Positions 20,590 to 32,015 of a DNA stretch of 64,000 nt are shown here, piece after piece. The DNA is from Oceanicola sp. (GTDB lineage Bacteria > Pseudomonadota > Alphaproteobacteria > Rhodobacterales > Rhodobacteraceae). Where the stretch lies: positions 192,626 through 256,625 of the forward strand of contig CP051231.1 in NCBI GenBank assembly GCA_017792405.1. The letters run 5' to 3'. The notes beneath the pieces were generated by a model. That model saw only the letters and a list, made by a program, of their open reading frames with translations. It made no database searches and was not told where the DNA came from. Each line of letters begins with the position of its first letter. Position 1 is the stretch's first letter. Made by a program: the position numbers and the translations under genes.

Positions 20590-21423
20590 TCAGACCTTCC
20601 GAATCGCCCAGTCTTGCACCCGCTGCGGCAGGAGCCTCTTGGCCCAGGCCATGATGTGCGTGGGCGTGGTGATCCGGTAGCGGGCCTTGGGGCGGCGGGC
20701 GGTGAGCGCCTTCAGCACGGCCTGAGTCACGGCTTCTGGGCCCAGCTCGAACGGCTCGGGTTTGGATTTTCGCTTGTAGAGCTGGTCGAGCAGCTCGCTC
20801 TCGTATTGGGCGCGGCGGGGGGAGGCCTTCCAGTCGATCCATTGCTCGAACTTGGCGATGGCATTCTTGCGGAACTCCGTGCGGATCGGGCCGGGCTCGA
20901 TCAGGACCACATCGATGTTTGCGTCCGACATTTCCAGCCGCAGCACATCACTCAGGCCCTCCAGCGCGAATTTCGAGGCCACGTATGGCCCGCGCCAGCG
21001 CATCGCCATGAAGCCCAGCACCGAGGAGCAGCTGAGAATGCGCCCGTGGCCCTGCGCCCGCATTGCAGGCAGCACCAGCCGGGTCAGCGTGTGGTAGCCG
21101 AAGAAGTTGCTCTCGAAGAGGTCGCGCAGGCCATCGGTCGGCACGTCTTCCAGTGGGCCGACGAGGCCATAGGCACCATTGTTGAAGAGCGCGTCGAGCG
21201 TGCCGCCGGTGGCCGAGAGCACGGCTGCAACGGCGGCCTCCATGCTCGCGTCGTCCTGATGGTCGAGCAGGAAGCTCTCGAACCCTTCGGCGCTCAGGCG
21301 GTCCACGTCCTTTTGCTGGCGGCAGGTGGCGAACACGCGCCACCCGGCGTTCCGTAACCCGTGAGCAGCGTCATAGCCGATGCCGGTTGAACAGCCGGTG
21401 ATGAGAATGGAGTTCTGCGTCAT
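20590..21423 (-). CDS. SDR-family oxidoreductase
   Basis: TGCSTGIG, NNGAYG and YVASK. Start set at MTQNSIL (21423). Confidence 0.9.
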   Translation of the reverse strand: MTQNSILITGCSTGIGYDAAHGLRNAGWRVFATCRQQKDVDRLSAEGFESFLLDHQDDASMEAAVAAVLSATGGTLDALFNNGAYGLVGPLEDVPTDGLRDLFESNFFGYHTLTRLVLPAMRAQGHGRILSCSSVLGFMAMRWRGPYVASKFALEGLSDVLRLEMSDANIDVVLIEPGPIRTEFRKNAIAKFEQWIDWKASPRRAQYESELLDQLYKRKSKPEPFELGPEAVTQAVLKALTARRPKARYRITTPTHIMAWAKRLLPQRVQDWAIRKV

Positions 21424-21468
21424 GCAGGCCGGGATGCCCCGCCACGAGGGCGGGCGCAAGAGGCGGTA

Positions 21469-22035
21469 TCAGCCCTGCGGCAGTTCGCGGATGAAGTCGC
21501 CCGACATGTAGCCCTCTTCGCCATCCAGCAGGATACGGGCCCAGCCATTGTCTTCATAGCCGAGGATCTCGACTTCCTGGTTTTCGACAACCTGACCGAT
21601 CACGCCGTTGCCGGTGGAGGGGCCGGAGCGCACGTTGACGCGCTGGCCAAGCACTACACCAACGGTGGTGAGTTCCACGCCATCGGTGGCGGCGATTTCT
21701 TCGGCGAGTTCGGCTTCAGGCTCGGAGGGCTCAACCTCGGCCAGAGCGGCGGCCACTGCGGCATCGGTAGCAGTGGCGAGCGAGGCTTCGAGAACGGGCT
21801 CCGGCTCGGCTTCGACCGGCTCAGCGGCGGCGGCTGCGAGAATCGCCGGGTTGTCGTCGGTCTTGGTGACGGTGTCCTCAACGGCTGCGGTGTCGAACGT
21901 GGCCAGTTCCTCAGCGGTCATCGCGGGTTCGTCAGAGCCCATCGCAACCTCGGGGCCCTCGCCCACAAGCACCATGGCCCCGAAAATCAGAGCTAGAAGC
22001 GCCACAACCATCTTCAGCAAACCCCGCGCACCCAT
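21469..22035 (-). CDS. Membrane-anchored/secreted SH3b-domain protein
   Basis: Hydrophobic N-terminus, acidic Ala/Pro linker, and C-terminal VNVRSGPST...GW...GYMSGDF. Confidence 0.85.
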   Translation of the reverse strand: MGARGLLKMVVALLALIFGAMVLVGEGPEVAMGSDEPAMTAEELATFDTAAVEDTVTKTDDNPAILAAAAAEPVEAEPEPVLEASLATATDAAVAAALAEVEPSEPEAELAEEIAATDGVELTTVGVVLGQRVNVRSGPSTGNGVIGQVVENQEVEILGYEDNGWARILLDGEEGYMSGDFIRELPQG

Positions 22036-22216
22036 CGCACCCTCCGCAAACGCCGATCTTATTCAATTCTGGTAAATACAACTCCACTATAGCGTGAAGC
22101 GTTCCTTGCGGCCATGCTCTTAGCAAAACTCAAAGCGCTTTGGATAGTCCTTTGGGAACTTACGTAACGCGCGCTTTCGCTTTACCGTCTTTCGTGGCTT
22201 CGGTATCACATCATCT

Positions 22217-24541
22217 ATGAATGACGAGGCAGACACCCCCAATATCGAGCCGAACGAGAGGGCAGAACCCCTCCGCCGGGCCATCGGCGAGCGCTATCTT
22301 ACCTATGCGCTCTCCACCATCATGCACCGTGCGCTGCCCGATGCGCGCGACGGGCTGAAGCCGGTTCACCGGCGAATCCTCTACGCGATGCGGCGGCTGC
22401 GGCTGTCGCCGACGGGCGGATTCCTGAAATCGGCCAAGATCAGCGGCGACACGATGGGGGATTTTCACCCCCACGGGAACCAGGCGATCTACGATGCAAT
22501 GGCCCGTCTCGCGCAGGATTTCGCGGTGCGCTACCCACTGGTCGACGGTCAGGGCAACTTTGGCAACATCGATGGGGATATGCCGGCGGCCGAGCGCTAC
22601 ACAGAGGCGCGGATGACCGTGGCCGCCGAGGCGCTGCTCGAAGGGCTGGATGAAAACACCGTCAACTTCCGCGATAACTACGATGGTCGCTTGCAGGAGC
22701 CCGAGGTTCTGCCCGCCGCCTTCCCCAACCTGCTGGCCAATGGCTCCAGCGGGATCGCCGTGGGCATGGCCACCAACATTCCGCCGCATAATATCGACGA
22801 GCTGATCGGCGCCTGCCTGCATCTGCTGAAAACGCCTGATGCACGTGACGACACGCTGCTAAACTACGTCAAAGGCCCCGATTTTCCGACCGGTGGCGTG
22901 ATCGTGGAGCCGCCCGAGAGCATTGCCGAAACCTATCGCACCGGGCGCGGCGCGGTGCGGTTGCGCTGCCGTTGGGAGGTCGAAGACCTTGGGCGCGGTC
23001 AGTGGCAGGCGGTTGTCACCGAGATCCCGTATCAGGTGCAGAAGTCCAAGCTGATCGAGAAGATCGCGGAACTGATCCAGCTGAAAAAGCTGCCGATTCT
23101 GGCAGACGTGCGCGATGAGAGCGCCGAGGATATCCGGTTGGTTCTGGAGCCGCGCTCCAAGAACGTCGATCCCGAGATCCTAATGGGCATGCTGTTCCGC
23201 AACTCCGATCTGGAGGTGCGCTTCAGCCTGAACATGAACGTGCTGATCGACGGGCGCACGCCGAAGGTCTGCTCGCTCAAGGAACTACTCCGCGCCTTCC
23301 TCGATCATCGCCGTGAGGTGCTGGAGCGCCGGTCGCGGCATCGGCTGGAGAAGATCGACAATCGCCTCGAGGTGCTCGAGGGCCTGATGGTCGCCTTCCT
23401 CAACCTCGACCGGGTCATCGATATCATCCGCTACGACGATGAGCCCAAGCGCGCCCTGATGGCCGAGGATTGGTCGGTCAAACACAGGCGCGCGACGGAC
23501 GAGAGCGACTACGTCAGCCCCATCGGCCCGGGCACACCGGACGAGCCGAGTGATGGCCTGACAGAGGTGCAGACCGAGGCGATCCTCAACATGCGGCTGC
23601 GCAGCTTGCGGCGGCTTGAGGAGATGGAGCTGAAGGCCGAGCAGGATGAGCTCATGCGCGAGCGCGAGAGCCTGCAGGACCTGCTGGAAAGCCCCGATCT
23701 GCAATGGGCCCGCATCAGCGACGAGTTGCGCGACGTGCGGGAGAAGTTCGGCGCCAAGACCGAAGAGGGCAAGCGCCGCACCGCATTCGCCGAGGCCGGC
23801 GAGGTGGAAGACGTGCCGATGGAGGCGATGATCGAGCGCGAACCGATCACCGTGGTCTGCTCGCAGATGGGCTGGATTCGCGCCATGAAGGGCCACATTG
23901 ACCTTGCCCAGGAGCTGAAGTTCAAGGACGGCGATGGCCCGCGCTTTGCCTTCCACGCAGAGACCACCGACAAGCTGCTGCTGCTGGGCGCGAACGGGCG
24001 GTTCTATACCCTCCCTGGATCGCAGCTGCCCGGCGGGCGGGGCATGGGCGAGCCGGTGCGGCTGATGGTCGACCTGCCGAACGATGCCGAGATTCTGGCG
24101 CTGTTCTCCCATGTGCCGGGTCAGAAGCTTCTGCTGGCCTCCTCGGCGGGTGATGGATTTGTGGTCAACTCCGACGAGGTGGTGGCGCAAACCCGTGCAG
24201 GCAAGCAATCGCTCAACGTGAAAGACGGCGTCACCGCCGCCGTGTGTCGCCCGGTCAAGGGCGACCACGTGGCCGCGGTGGGCGACAACCGCAAGGTGCT
24301 TGTTTTCGCGCTCGAGGAGTTGCCAGAGATGGCACGGGGCAAGGGCGTGCGCCTGCAAAAGTACAAAGACGGCGGCCTGAGTGATGCCGTGACCTTCGCG
24401 CTCGAAGAGGGCCTGAGCTGGAAAGACCCGGCAGGCCGCACCCGCACCGAAACCGACCTTGCCGAATGGATCGGCAAACGTGCCTCCGCAGGCCGCATGG
24501 CGCCGCGCGGCTTTCCGAGAGACAACAAATTTACCGACTGA
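22217..24541 (+). CDS. parC: DNA topoisomerase IV subunit A
   Basis: [43 protein letters not shown] (catalytic Tyr) and a C-terminal beta-pinwheel. Confidence 0.96.
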   Translation: MNDEADTPNIEPNERAEPLRRAIGERYLTYALSTIMHRALPDARDGLKPVHRRILYAMRRLRLSPTGGFLKSAKISGDTMGDFHPHGNQAIYDAMARLAQDFAVRYPLVDGQGNFGNIDGDMPAAERYTEARMTVAAEALLEGLDENTVNFRDNYDGRLQEPEVLPAAFPNLLANGSSGIAVGMATNIPPHNIDELIGACLHLLKTPDARDDTLLNYVKGPDFPTGGVIVEPPESIAETYRTGRGAVRLRCRWEVEDLGRGQWQAVVTEIPYQVQKSKLIEKIAELIQLKKLPILADVRDESAEDIRLVLEPRSKNVDPEILMGMLFRNSDLEVRFSLNMNVLIDGRTPKVCSLKELLRAFLDHRREVLERRSRHRLEKIDNRLEVLEGLMVAFLNLDRVIDIIRYDDEPKRALMAEDWSVKHRRATDESDYVSPIGPGTPDEPSDGLTEVQTEAILNMRLRSLRRLEEMELKAEQDELMRERESLQDLLESPDLQWARISDELRDVREKFGAKTEEGKRRTAFAEAGEVEDVPMEAMIEREPITVVCSQMGWIRAMKGHIDLAQELKFKDGDGPRFAFHAETTDKLLLLGANGRFYTLPGSQLPGGRGMGEPVRLMVDLPNDAEILALFSHVPGQKLLLASSAGDGFVVNSDEVVAQTRAGKQSLNVKDGVTAAVCRPVKGDHVAAVGDNRKVLVFALEELPEMARGKGVRLQKYKDGGLSDAVTFALEEGLSWKDPAGRTRTETDLAEWIGKRASAGRMAPRGFPRDNKFTD

Positions 24542-24605
24542 GTGTCATGAATTTGCCCAATGCGCCCCGCTAAGAGGGCCGGGCTTTTAGAACGAGGGAC
24601 GAGCA

Positions 24606-25847
24606 ATGAGTTACACAGATGCACCGATCGTAGAAGACGACGTGCTGCACGGCGCGTATCGCGGGGAAGGAGGGCGGCTGTTCTGGCTCGCACTCGGCAC
24701 CGGGATGCTCACCCTGCTGACGCTGGGGATCTACCGGTTCTGGGCAAAGGCCCGCATCCGCCGCTATCTGTGGAGCGCCACGGCGCCCGGCGGCAACCCG
24801 TTTGAATATACCGGCACCGGTCTGGAGAAGTTTCTGGGCTTTCTCGTCGCGGTCGTGATCCTTGCCGCCTACCTCGGCATCCTTAACGTGATCCTGCTGT
24901 TCCTCGGCTTCTCCTTCATCATGGGCGGTGATCCGAACGACCCCGAGGTGATCTTGCGGCAGATCATCGTGATCTACGCCAACCTTTTTGCGCTGATCCC
25001 GCTCATCTACTTTGCCCAGTACCGCGCCCGCCGTTACCTGCTGAGCCGCACCCGCTGGCGCGGCGTCCGGTTTGGCGCCGAAAAGGGGGCCTGGGGTTAC
25101 ACCTGGCGCGGGTGCCTGCTGGCGATCCTCAGCGGCATCACTCTTGGCCTTCTGTCGCCGCTCGCCACCTTCAAGCTGGAAAAATACACTTGGGACCGCA
25201 CGTGGTACGGCGATGCCAAGTTCACTCAAGGCGGCAAGTGGACAAGCCTCTACCGTGCGATGATCCACGTGGTGATCGCGATTGCGCTCTTCATTGGCGC
25301 CGCCGTGCTGATGGTGATGGACGAGCAGCTCGCCCTGCTTGGCTTCGTGCTGCTCTTCGTCGCCTATGTCTGGCTGATCATCGGCTTCATCTATTACCAG
25401 GTGCACGCTTGGCGCATTCTGGCCGCGCACAAGGTGTTGGGCGAGGATATCCGGTTCCGCTCGCTGCCGCGCACCGGCACGATCATCGGCACCTATATCG
25501 TCGGGACCATCGCGGTGTCTCTGCTCACGGCGCTGGCGCTCATTCCTGTCGGCTTCCTGATCGCGGGCATGGGCACGCTGATGGGCGGCGGTAACCCCAA
25601 TGATCTCTTCGGCAGCCCGCAGGGCATCCTCTTCATTGCCCTGATCGCCTTCGCATATATCTTCGCCATCGTCTTTGCCGGGGCCTTGAGCATGGTTTTC
25701 ATCACCCAGCCGATCCTCCGGCACTATGTCGAGGAAACTTCGGTGATCGGTGCCTCCAGGCTCGATGCAATCCGCCAGCGCGTGGGCGACGAGGTGGTGG
25801 ATGCCGAGGGCTTCGCTGATGCACTTGATGTGGGGGCGGCCTTCTAG
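24606..25847 (+). CDS. YjgN/DUF898-family inner-membrane protein
   Basis: LTLGIYRFWAKARIRRYLWS, FEYTGTGLE and RTRWRGVRF; multiple TM helices. Confidence 0.88.
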   Translation: MSYTDAPIVEDDVLHGAYRGEGGRLFWLALGTGMLTLLTLGIYRFWAKARIRRYLWSATAPGGNPFEYTGTGLEKFLGFLVAVVILAAYLGILNVILLFLGFSFIMGGDPNDPEVILRQIIVIYANLFALIPLIYFAQYRARRYLLSRTRWRGVRFGAEKGAWGYTWRGCLLAILSGITLGLLSPLATFKLEKYTWDRTWYGDAKFTQGGKWTSLYRAMIHVVIAIALFIGAAVLMVMDEQLALLGFVLLFVAYVWLIIGFIYYQVHAWRILAAHKVLGEDIRFRSLPRTGTIIGTYIVGTIAVSLLTALALIPVGFLIAGMGTLMGGGNPNDLFGSPQGILFIALIAFAYIFAIVFAGALSMVFITQPILRHYVEETSVIGASRLDAIRQRVGDEVVDAEGFADALDVGAAF

Positions 25848-25883
25848 GTCGCCCGACAGCCCCGCCAACTAAGGAGCCGCCTC

Positions 25884-27017
25884 ATGGCAGACCCGACCCC
25901 GCCGCTCCCGACCTTCGCCGTCGCTGGCCGTTTCTTTGACGGGCAGAGCGCCGGGGCGAAGGTTGTGCGCGCCGAGGCCGAGCAGATCAAGGGGCGGCTG
26001 CTGATCTATGATGAAGAGAGCGGGCGGCTGCTGGACCAATGGCCGCTCGACAGCCTGCGGATGATCCGTGATCCCGGCTTCGGCGACGGGATCGTGTTTT
26101 TCCGCGAAGGGCATGACGAGGCCCGCCTCAACATCGCTTCCGCCGAGGATGCCGCCGCGCTGGGTGCGGTTGCGCCAAACCTGCGCAAGGTGAGTGTGGC
26201 CAAGGGCACGTGGCGTAAGGTGCTGCTGTGGAGCGGTGGCGCTGTGGCCGCGCTGCTGCTGATCCTCTTCGTGATCCTGCCCACGCTGGCCGACACGCTG
26301 GCAGGGATGATCGACCCCGAGCAGGAGGAACGGATCGGGCAAACCGTGGTGGGGCAGGTCGAGCGCATGCTGGGCAGCCACAACGGCTCCGGTTTTTGCT
26401 CCACCCCCGAAGGGGATGCGGCGCTGGCCAAGATGACCGAGCGCTTCACCGACCACCTCGATCTGCCCTACGAGTTGAAGGTCCGGGTCATTCGCAACCC
26501 GCTGGTCAATGCCTTTGCCGCGCCGGGCGGTCATGTGGTGATCGTTTCGGGGCTGCTCGACAAGGCGGACAGCCCGGAGGAGGTCGCCGGTGTTCTGGCC
26601 CATGAGATCGGCCATGTCGCGGCTCGTGACCCGCTGCGGATCACGCTGCGCACGGCAGGGTCGGCAGGGATCATCTCGATGATTCTGGGCGACTTTGCCG
26701 GGGGGGCGCTTGTGATCCTCGTGTCCGAACAACTCATGCAGGCGAGCTACACGCGCGACGCCGAGGCCGGGGCCGATGAGTTTGCCCACGAGCTGCTCCG
26801 CAAGGCCGAGCTGCCGAGTGAAGGCATGGCGCGATTCTTCGAGAAGCTGCGCGATCAGTATGGCGATGTGGACGGGGCCGAGGAGTTCCTGTCGTCGCAC
26901 CCCAACCTCGCCAGTCGCGCCATTGCCGCGCGCGAGGCCGAAACCCGGGGCGACGGCACGTTTGTGCCGGTTCTGGACGAGGCCGAGTGGGACGCGCTGC
27001 GGGCGATCTGCAAATGA
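25884..27017 (+). CDS. M48-family zinc metallopeptidase
   Basis: NAFAAPGG, LAHEIGHV (HExxH), EAGAD and LSSHP. Confidence 0.9.
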   Translation: MADPTPPLPTFAVAGRFFDGQSAGAKVVRAEAEQIKGRLLIYDEESGRLLDQWPLDSLRMIRDPGFGDGIVFFREGHDEARLNIASAEDAAALGAVAPNLRKVSVAKGTWRKVLLWSGGAVAALLLILFVILPTLADTLAGMIDPEQEERIGQTVVGQVERMLGSHNGSGFCSTPEGDAALAKMTERFTDHLDLPYELKVRVIRNPLVNAFAAPGGHVVIVSGLLDKADSPEEVAGVLAHEIGHVAARDPLRITLRTAGSAGIISMILGDFAGGALVILVSEQLMQASYTRDAEAGADEFAHELLRKAELPSEGMARFFEKLRDQYGDVDGAEEFLSSHPNLASRAIAAREAETRGDGTFVPVLDEAEWDALRAICK

Positions 27018-27691
27018 GCCTGCGGTGTGCTCCGGCATTGCTGCTGGCGGCACTGCTCGCGGGTTGTTCCGCCGTGGCCGACCTTGAAGAGCCGGTGGTG
27101 CCGATCGGCCAGTTCAAATTGGGCTATTCGGTCGTCGTGGCCGAGGGCGCGCAAAAGGTGCCACCCTCCCGCGAGGCCTCTGCCGAGGAATGGCAGGCCG
27201 CGCTGGAAGCGGCGCTCAACCAGCGGTTCGGTCGATTCGAGGGCAGCCAACTCTACCACCTTGCAGTGAAGGTCGATGCCTACGCACTGGCGGTGCCGGG
27301 GGTGCCGGTGGTGCTGTCGCCCAAGTCGATCCTGCGCATTCAGGTCTCGGTCTGGGATGATGCGGCGGGCACCAAGATCAACGCCGAGCCGCGGGTCTTT
27401 ACAGTGTTCGAGCGGCTCTCTGGCGAAACCGTGCTGGGCTCCGGCCTGACCCGCACAAAGGCGCAACAGATGGAGCAGCTTTCCGCCAATGCGGCCCGGC
27501 TGATCGAGGGCTGGATGCGGGAGAACCCCGGCTGGTTTGCCCCGCGCTACGAGGCCTCCGCACCGCTGGCAGAGCCGCTGCCGGAGGTGCCAACCGCGCC
27601 CGCCGCAACACCCGCCCCGGTGCCGCAAGGCGCGGCGGATCGGCCGGGCGTGTCGCCCGATATCGGCGATGTGATCACCCCCGCCGGGTAG
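27014..27691 (+). CDS. Conserved hypothetical lipoprotein
   Basis: ATGA overlap with the M48 gene, LLAGC lipobox and Pro/Ala-rich tail. Confidence 0.75.
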   Translation: MSLRCAPALLLAALLAGCSAVADLEEPVVPIGQFKLGYSVVVAEGAQKVPPSREASAEEWQAALEAALNQRFGRFEGSQLYHLAVKVDAYALAVPGVPVVLSPKSILRIQVSVWDDAAGTKINAEPRVFTVFERLSGETVLGSGLTRTKAQQMEQLSANAARLIEGWMRENPGWFAPRYEASAPLAEPLPEVPTAPAATPAPVPQGAADRPGVSPDIGDVITPAG

Positions 27692-27729
27692 CAGGGCCCG
27701 CGCGAGAAGCCCTTGAGGCCAAAGGGCGC

Positions 27730-27758
27730 TTGATTTTTCTCCCACGCCCGCGTAGGCA
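27730..27758 (+). promoter_or_regulatory. Sigma70-type promoter of tuf
   Basis: TTGATT-N17-TAGGCA. Confidence 0.5.
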
Positions 27759-27817
27759 CCCGCCCATGCAAATCCCGGGGCCTAGGTCGGCCCCCCGAAA
27801 CAGAGGCGCCAAGGACG

Positions 27818-28993
<1,176 letters not shown>

Positions 28994-29040
28994 TGATCGG
29001 CTGGGCCGGGCTGCTGCCCGCCTGAGCGAAAAAGCATTAC

Positions 29041-29075
29041 AGGGCCGTCCCTTAGCGGGGCGGCCCTTTCTTTTT
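29041..29075 (+). terminator. Rho-independent terminator of tuf
   Basis: AGGGCCGTCCC/GGGGCGGCCCT stem followed by TTCTTTTT. Confidence 0.8.
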
Positions 29076-29170
29076 GCGGGGAAGGGCGAGACAAGCCCGG
29101 ATCCGGCCCTATCTCCCCTGCCAAGATGAACGCTTCGGTTCACTACGCCAGCTCAGGGAGGCCAGCAACC

Positions 29171-29632
29171 ATGTCCATTTCGTTCAAACTCAACGGTGAG
29201 GCGGTCACGGTCGACGCGCCCGAGGAGATGCCGCTCCTCTGGGTGATCCGCGACAAGCTCAAGCTCACCGGCACAAAATTCGGCTGCGGCGTGGCCTCTT
29301 GCGGGGCCTGCACCGTGCATGTGGATGGCGAGCCGACGCGCTCCTGCCAGACATGGATCTCCGATGTGGAAGGTCTGGAAGTGACCACCATCGAAGGCAT
29401 CAACGGCACGGCCGCAGAGGCGGTGCAGGCGGCGTGGCGCGCCAATGACGTGGTGCAATGCGGCTACTGCCAATCCGGCCAGATGATGCAGGCCATCGGC
29501 CTGCTGAGCGAGAACGCCACCCCCACGGATGACGACATCGACGCGGCGATGGGTGGCAACGTGTGCCGTTGTGCGACCTATGTGCGGATCAGGGCTGCGA
29601 TCCACGACGCGGCAAAGCGGATGGAGGGCTAA
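29171..29632 (+). CDS. (2Fe-2S)-binding subunit of an IorA/aldehyde oxidoreductase-type molybdoenzyme
   Basis: CGVASCGAC...C and CGYC...CRC cluster motifs. Start set at MSISFKLNG. Confidence 0.92.
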   Translation: MSISFKLNGEAVTVDAPEEMPLLWVIRDKLKLTGTKFGCGVASCGACTVHVDGEPTRSCQTWISDVEGLEVTTIEGINGTAAEAVQAAWRANDVVQCGYCQSGQMMQAIGLLSENATPTDDDIDAAMGGNVCRCATYVRIRAAIHDAAKRMEG

Positions 29633-29636
29633 GACC

Positions 29637-31793
29637 ATGAAAGATTTCACACCTTCCCGCCGTTCCTTCCTTGCCGGCTCCGCTGCTGCGGGCGCGGCAC
29701 TGGTTATCGGGTTCAACGCCAAGGGCGCGCTTGCTGCGGGCCATGAGGGCGGGCTGATGCCCAACCCATTCGTCAAGATCGCGCCGGATGGCACGGTCAC
29801 GGTGATCCTCAAGCACTTCGAGATGGGGCAGGGCACGACGACCGGCCTTGCCACTTTGGTGGCCGAGGAGATGGACGCCGATTGGGACGCCGTCCAGATC
29901 GAGTTTGCCCCGGCAGATGCCAGCAAATACGCCAACACCCTCTTCGGGATGCAGGGCACCGGCGGCTCCACGGCGATGGCCAACAGCTACATGCAGTACC
30001 GTCAGGCCGGCGCCGCGGCCCGGGCGATGCTGATGGAGGCGGCGAGCCTCGAATGGGCCGTGCGCGCCAGCGAGATCACCATCGACAAGGGCGTCGTGAG
30101 TCACGGTGACGTGTCGGCCACGTTCGGAGAACTGGTCGCTAAGGTGAAGGACACCGCAGAGCCACCGACCGAGCCGATCCTGAAAGAAGCCAAGGATTTC
30201 AAACTCATCGGCAAAGACCTGCTGCCCCGCAAGGACACGCCATCCAAGACCGATGGCACCGCGATCTTTGCGATGGACGTCGCGCCCGAGGGCACGATCT
30301 ATGCGGTCATGGCGCGCGCGCCGCGCTTTGGCGGAACGGTCGCCAGCTTTGACGACAGCGCCGCGCTGGAAGTGCCCGGCGTGATGGCGGTGAAGCAGAC
30401 GCCCAAGGGCATCGCCGTTTTCGCCGAAGACACGTGGTCGGCCATTCAGGGCCGCGACGCGCTGAGCGTGGAGTGGGATTTCTCCAACGCGGAAGGCCGC
30501 TCTACCGAGGAGATGGAGGCCGAATATGCCGCCGCCCTAGACGGCGATGGCCCGGTGGCCCGCAACGATGCGGGCGTGGAGGAGGCGTTGGCCGGTGACA
30601 ACACCGTGGAGGCGGAGTTCGACTTCCCGTTCCTTGCGCATGCGCCGATGGAGCCGATGACCTGCACCATCCAGATCAAGGACGGAAAGGCGCATATCTG
30701 GGATGGCTCCCAGTTTCCGACCGTCACGCAAATGGCGGTAGGTGCCGTCACCGGCGTGGGCCAGGAGAACACCACGATCGAAACCGTCTATGCCGGCGGT
30801 TCCTTTGGCCGCCGCGCGAATATGGACAGCGACTACCACGTGGAAGCCGCGATGGCCGCCGTTGCCCTGGGCACTGATCAGCCGGTGAAGCTGGTCTGGA
30901 CACGGGAAGACGACGTGACGGGCGGATACTACCGGCCAATGGTTAAGCATCGGGTAAAGGTTGCGGTCGGCGCGGACGGTGCCCTTGCAGCCTGGCGCTC
31001 TGACGTGGCCTCGAAGTCGATCTTCACCGGCACGCCGATGGAGCAGATGATGGTGCACGAAGGGGTCGATCATGCCTCGGTGGAGGGGGTGACGGACACG
31101 CAATACGCCATCCCCGCGATGCAGGTTTCGGTCCGCAACATGGAGACCCCGGTGCCGGTGCTCTGGTGGCGCGCGGTGGGCAACAGTCACACCGCCTACG
31201 CCATGGAAGTGGGCATGGACATGGCCGCCGAGGCCGCCGGGGCGGACCCAGTCGCCTTCCGCGAGGGGCTGCTTGGCGGCAGCCCGCGCCTGCTGGGCGT
31301 GCTCAAGCTCGCCGCCGAAAAAGCCGGTTGGGGCAATGACTTGCCCGAAGGCTGGGGCCGGGGCGTGGCCGCGCATTTCTCGTTCAACAGCTACGTGGCG
31401 CAGGTGGCGGAAGTCTCGACCGACGCCGACGGCCGGGTGAAGCTGGAGCGGATCGTGGCGGCGGTGGATTGCGGCGTGGCGGTGAACCCCGACGTGATCC
31501 GCGCCCAGATCGAGGGGGGCATCGGCTTTGGCCTAGGCCATGCGATGCGGCAGAAGATCACCTTTGACGGCGGCGAAGTGGTGCAGAGCAACTTCCCCGA
31601 TTACGAGCCGCTGCGGATCACCGATATGCCCGAAATCGAAGTGCATATCGTGCCCTCCGCAGAGGCGCCGACTGGGGTGGGGGAGCCGGGATTGCCGCCG
31701 GCGGCGCCTGCCGTGGCCAATGCGATCTACAATGCCACTGGCACGCGGGTTCTGCGCCTGCCGATGGTGGATGCGGGCGTTGAATTTGCCTGA
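29637..31793 (+). CDS. Molybdopterin-binding IorB-like subunit (xanthine oxidase family) with twin-arginine leader
   Basis: SRRSFL leader, [36 protein letters not shown] and GVGEPG. Confidence 0.9.
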   Translation: MKDFTPSRRSFLAGSAAAGAALVIGFNAKGALAAGHEGGLMPNPFVKIAPDGTVTVILKHFEMGQGTTTGLATLVAEEMDADWDAVQIEFAPADASKYANTLFGMQGTGGSTAMANSYMQYRQAGAAARAMLMEAASLEWAVRASEITIDKGVVSHGDVSATFGELVAKVKDTAEPPTEPILKEAKDFKLIGKDLLPRKDTPSKTDGTAIFAMDVAPEGTIYAVMARAPRFGGTVASFDDSAALEVPGVMAVKQTPKGIAVFAEDTWSAIQGRDALSVEWDFSNAEGRSTEEMEAEYAAALDGDGPVARNDAGVEEALAGDNTVEAEFDFPFLAHAPMEPMTCTIQIKDGKAHIWDGSQFPTVTQMAVGAVTGVGQENTTIETVYAGGSFGRRANMDSDYHVEAAMAAVALGTDQPVKLVWTREDDVTGGYYRPMVKHRVKVAVGADGALAAWRSDVASKSIFTGTPMEQMMVHEGVDHASVEGVTDTQYAIPAMQVSVRNMETPVPVLWWRAVGNSHTAYAMEVGMDMAAEAAGADPVAFREGLLGGSPRLLGVLKLAAEKAGWGNDLPEGWGRGVAAHFSFNSYVAQVAEVSTDADGRVKLERIVAAVDCGVAVNPDVIRAQIEGGIGFGLGHAMRQKITFDGGEVVQSNFPDYEPLRITDMPEIEVHIVPSAEAPTGVGEPGLPPAAPAVANAIYNATGTRVLRLPMVDAGVEFA

Positions 31794-31806
31794 TTAACAA
31801 TGGCTT

Positions 31807-31832
31807 GGCCGCGCTCCGGCAGGGGCGCGGCC
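31807..31832 (+). terminator. GC-rich hairpin after iorB
   Basis: GGCCGCGCTCC-GGCA-GGGGCGCGGCC, an 11-bp stem with one G-T pair; the U-tract is weak. Confidence 0.45.
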
Positions 31833-31857
31833 GGGTGTTGCGCTGCGGTGCGGCGGG

Positions 31858-31961
31858 GCGTTAACCCTGCGAACGGGCCGATGCACAACTGATGCACATC
31901 CCATGCACATTCCATGCATACGCGAATGTGGCCCCGGCCCGGAGGTTAACGCGGCGCGCGG
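31858..31961. repeat. Intergenic element copy 1: four ATGCA(C/T)A units at 11-bp period inside GCGTTAACC/GGTTAACGC inverted repeats
   Basis: Units at 31881, 31892, 31903 and 31914; 9-bp inverted repeat at 31858-31866 and 31944-31952; core is 36/40 identical to 62132-62171. Confidence 0.85.
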
Positions 31962-32015
31962 GGCCTGGGCGCGATTGCGCTTGCGGGACGCGCGGATGCG
32001 GCTAGCCTCCGGCGC

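Noticed and set aside
23450-23570. Extra segment in ParC ([19 protein letters not shown]...)
   Set aside because: In frame, about 35 aa, with no intein or intron signatures; consistent with a lineage-specific loop.
31881-31920. The ATGCACA arrays as a mini-CRISPR or a coding minisatellite
   Set aside because: Units are 7 bp with 4-bp spacers, far too short for CRISPR, and no cas genes are present. The small ORFs crossing them (MHIPCTFHAY..., MECAWDVHQ...) lack an RBS and differ between copies.
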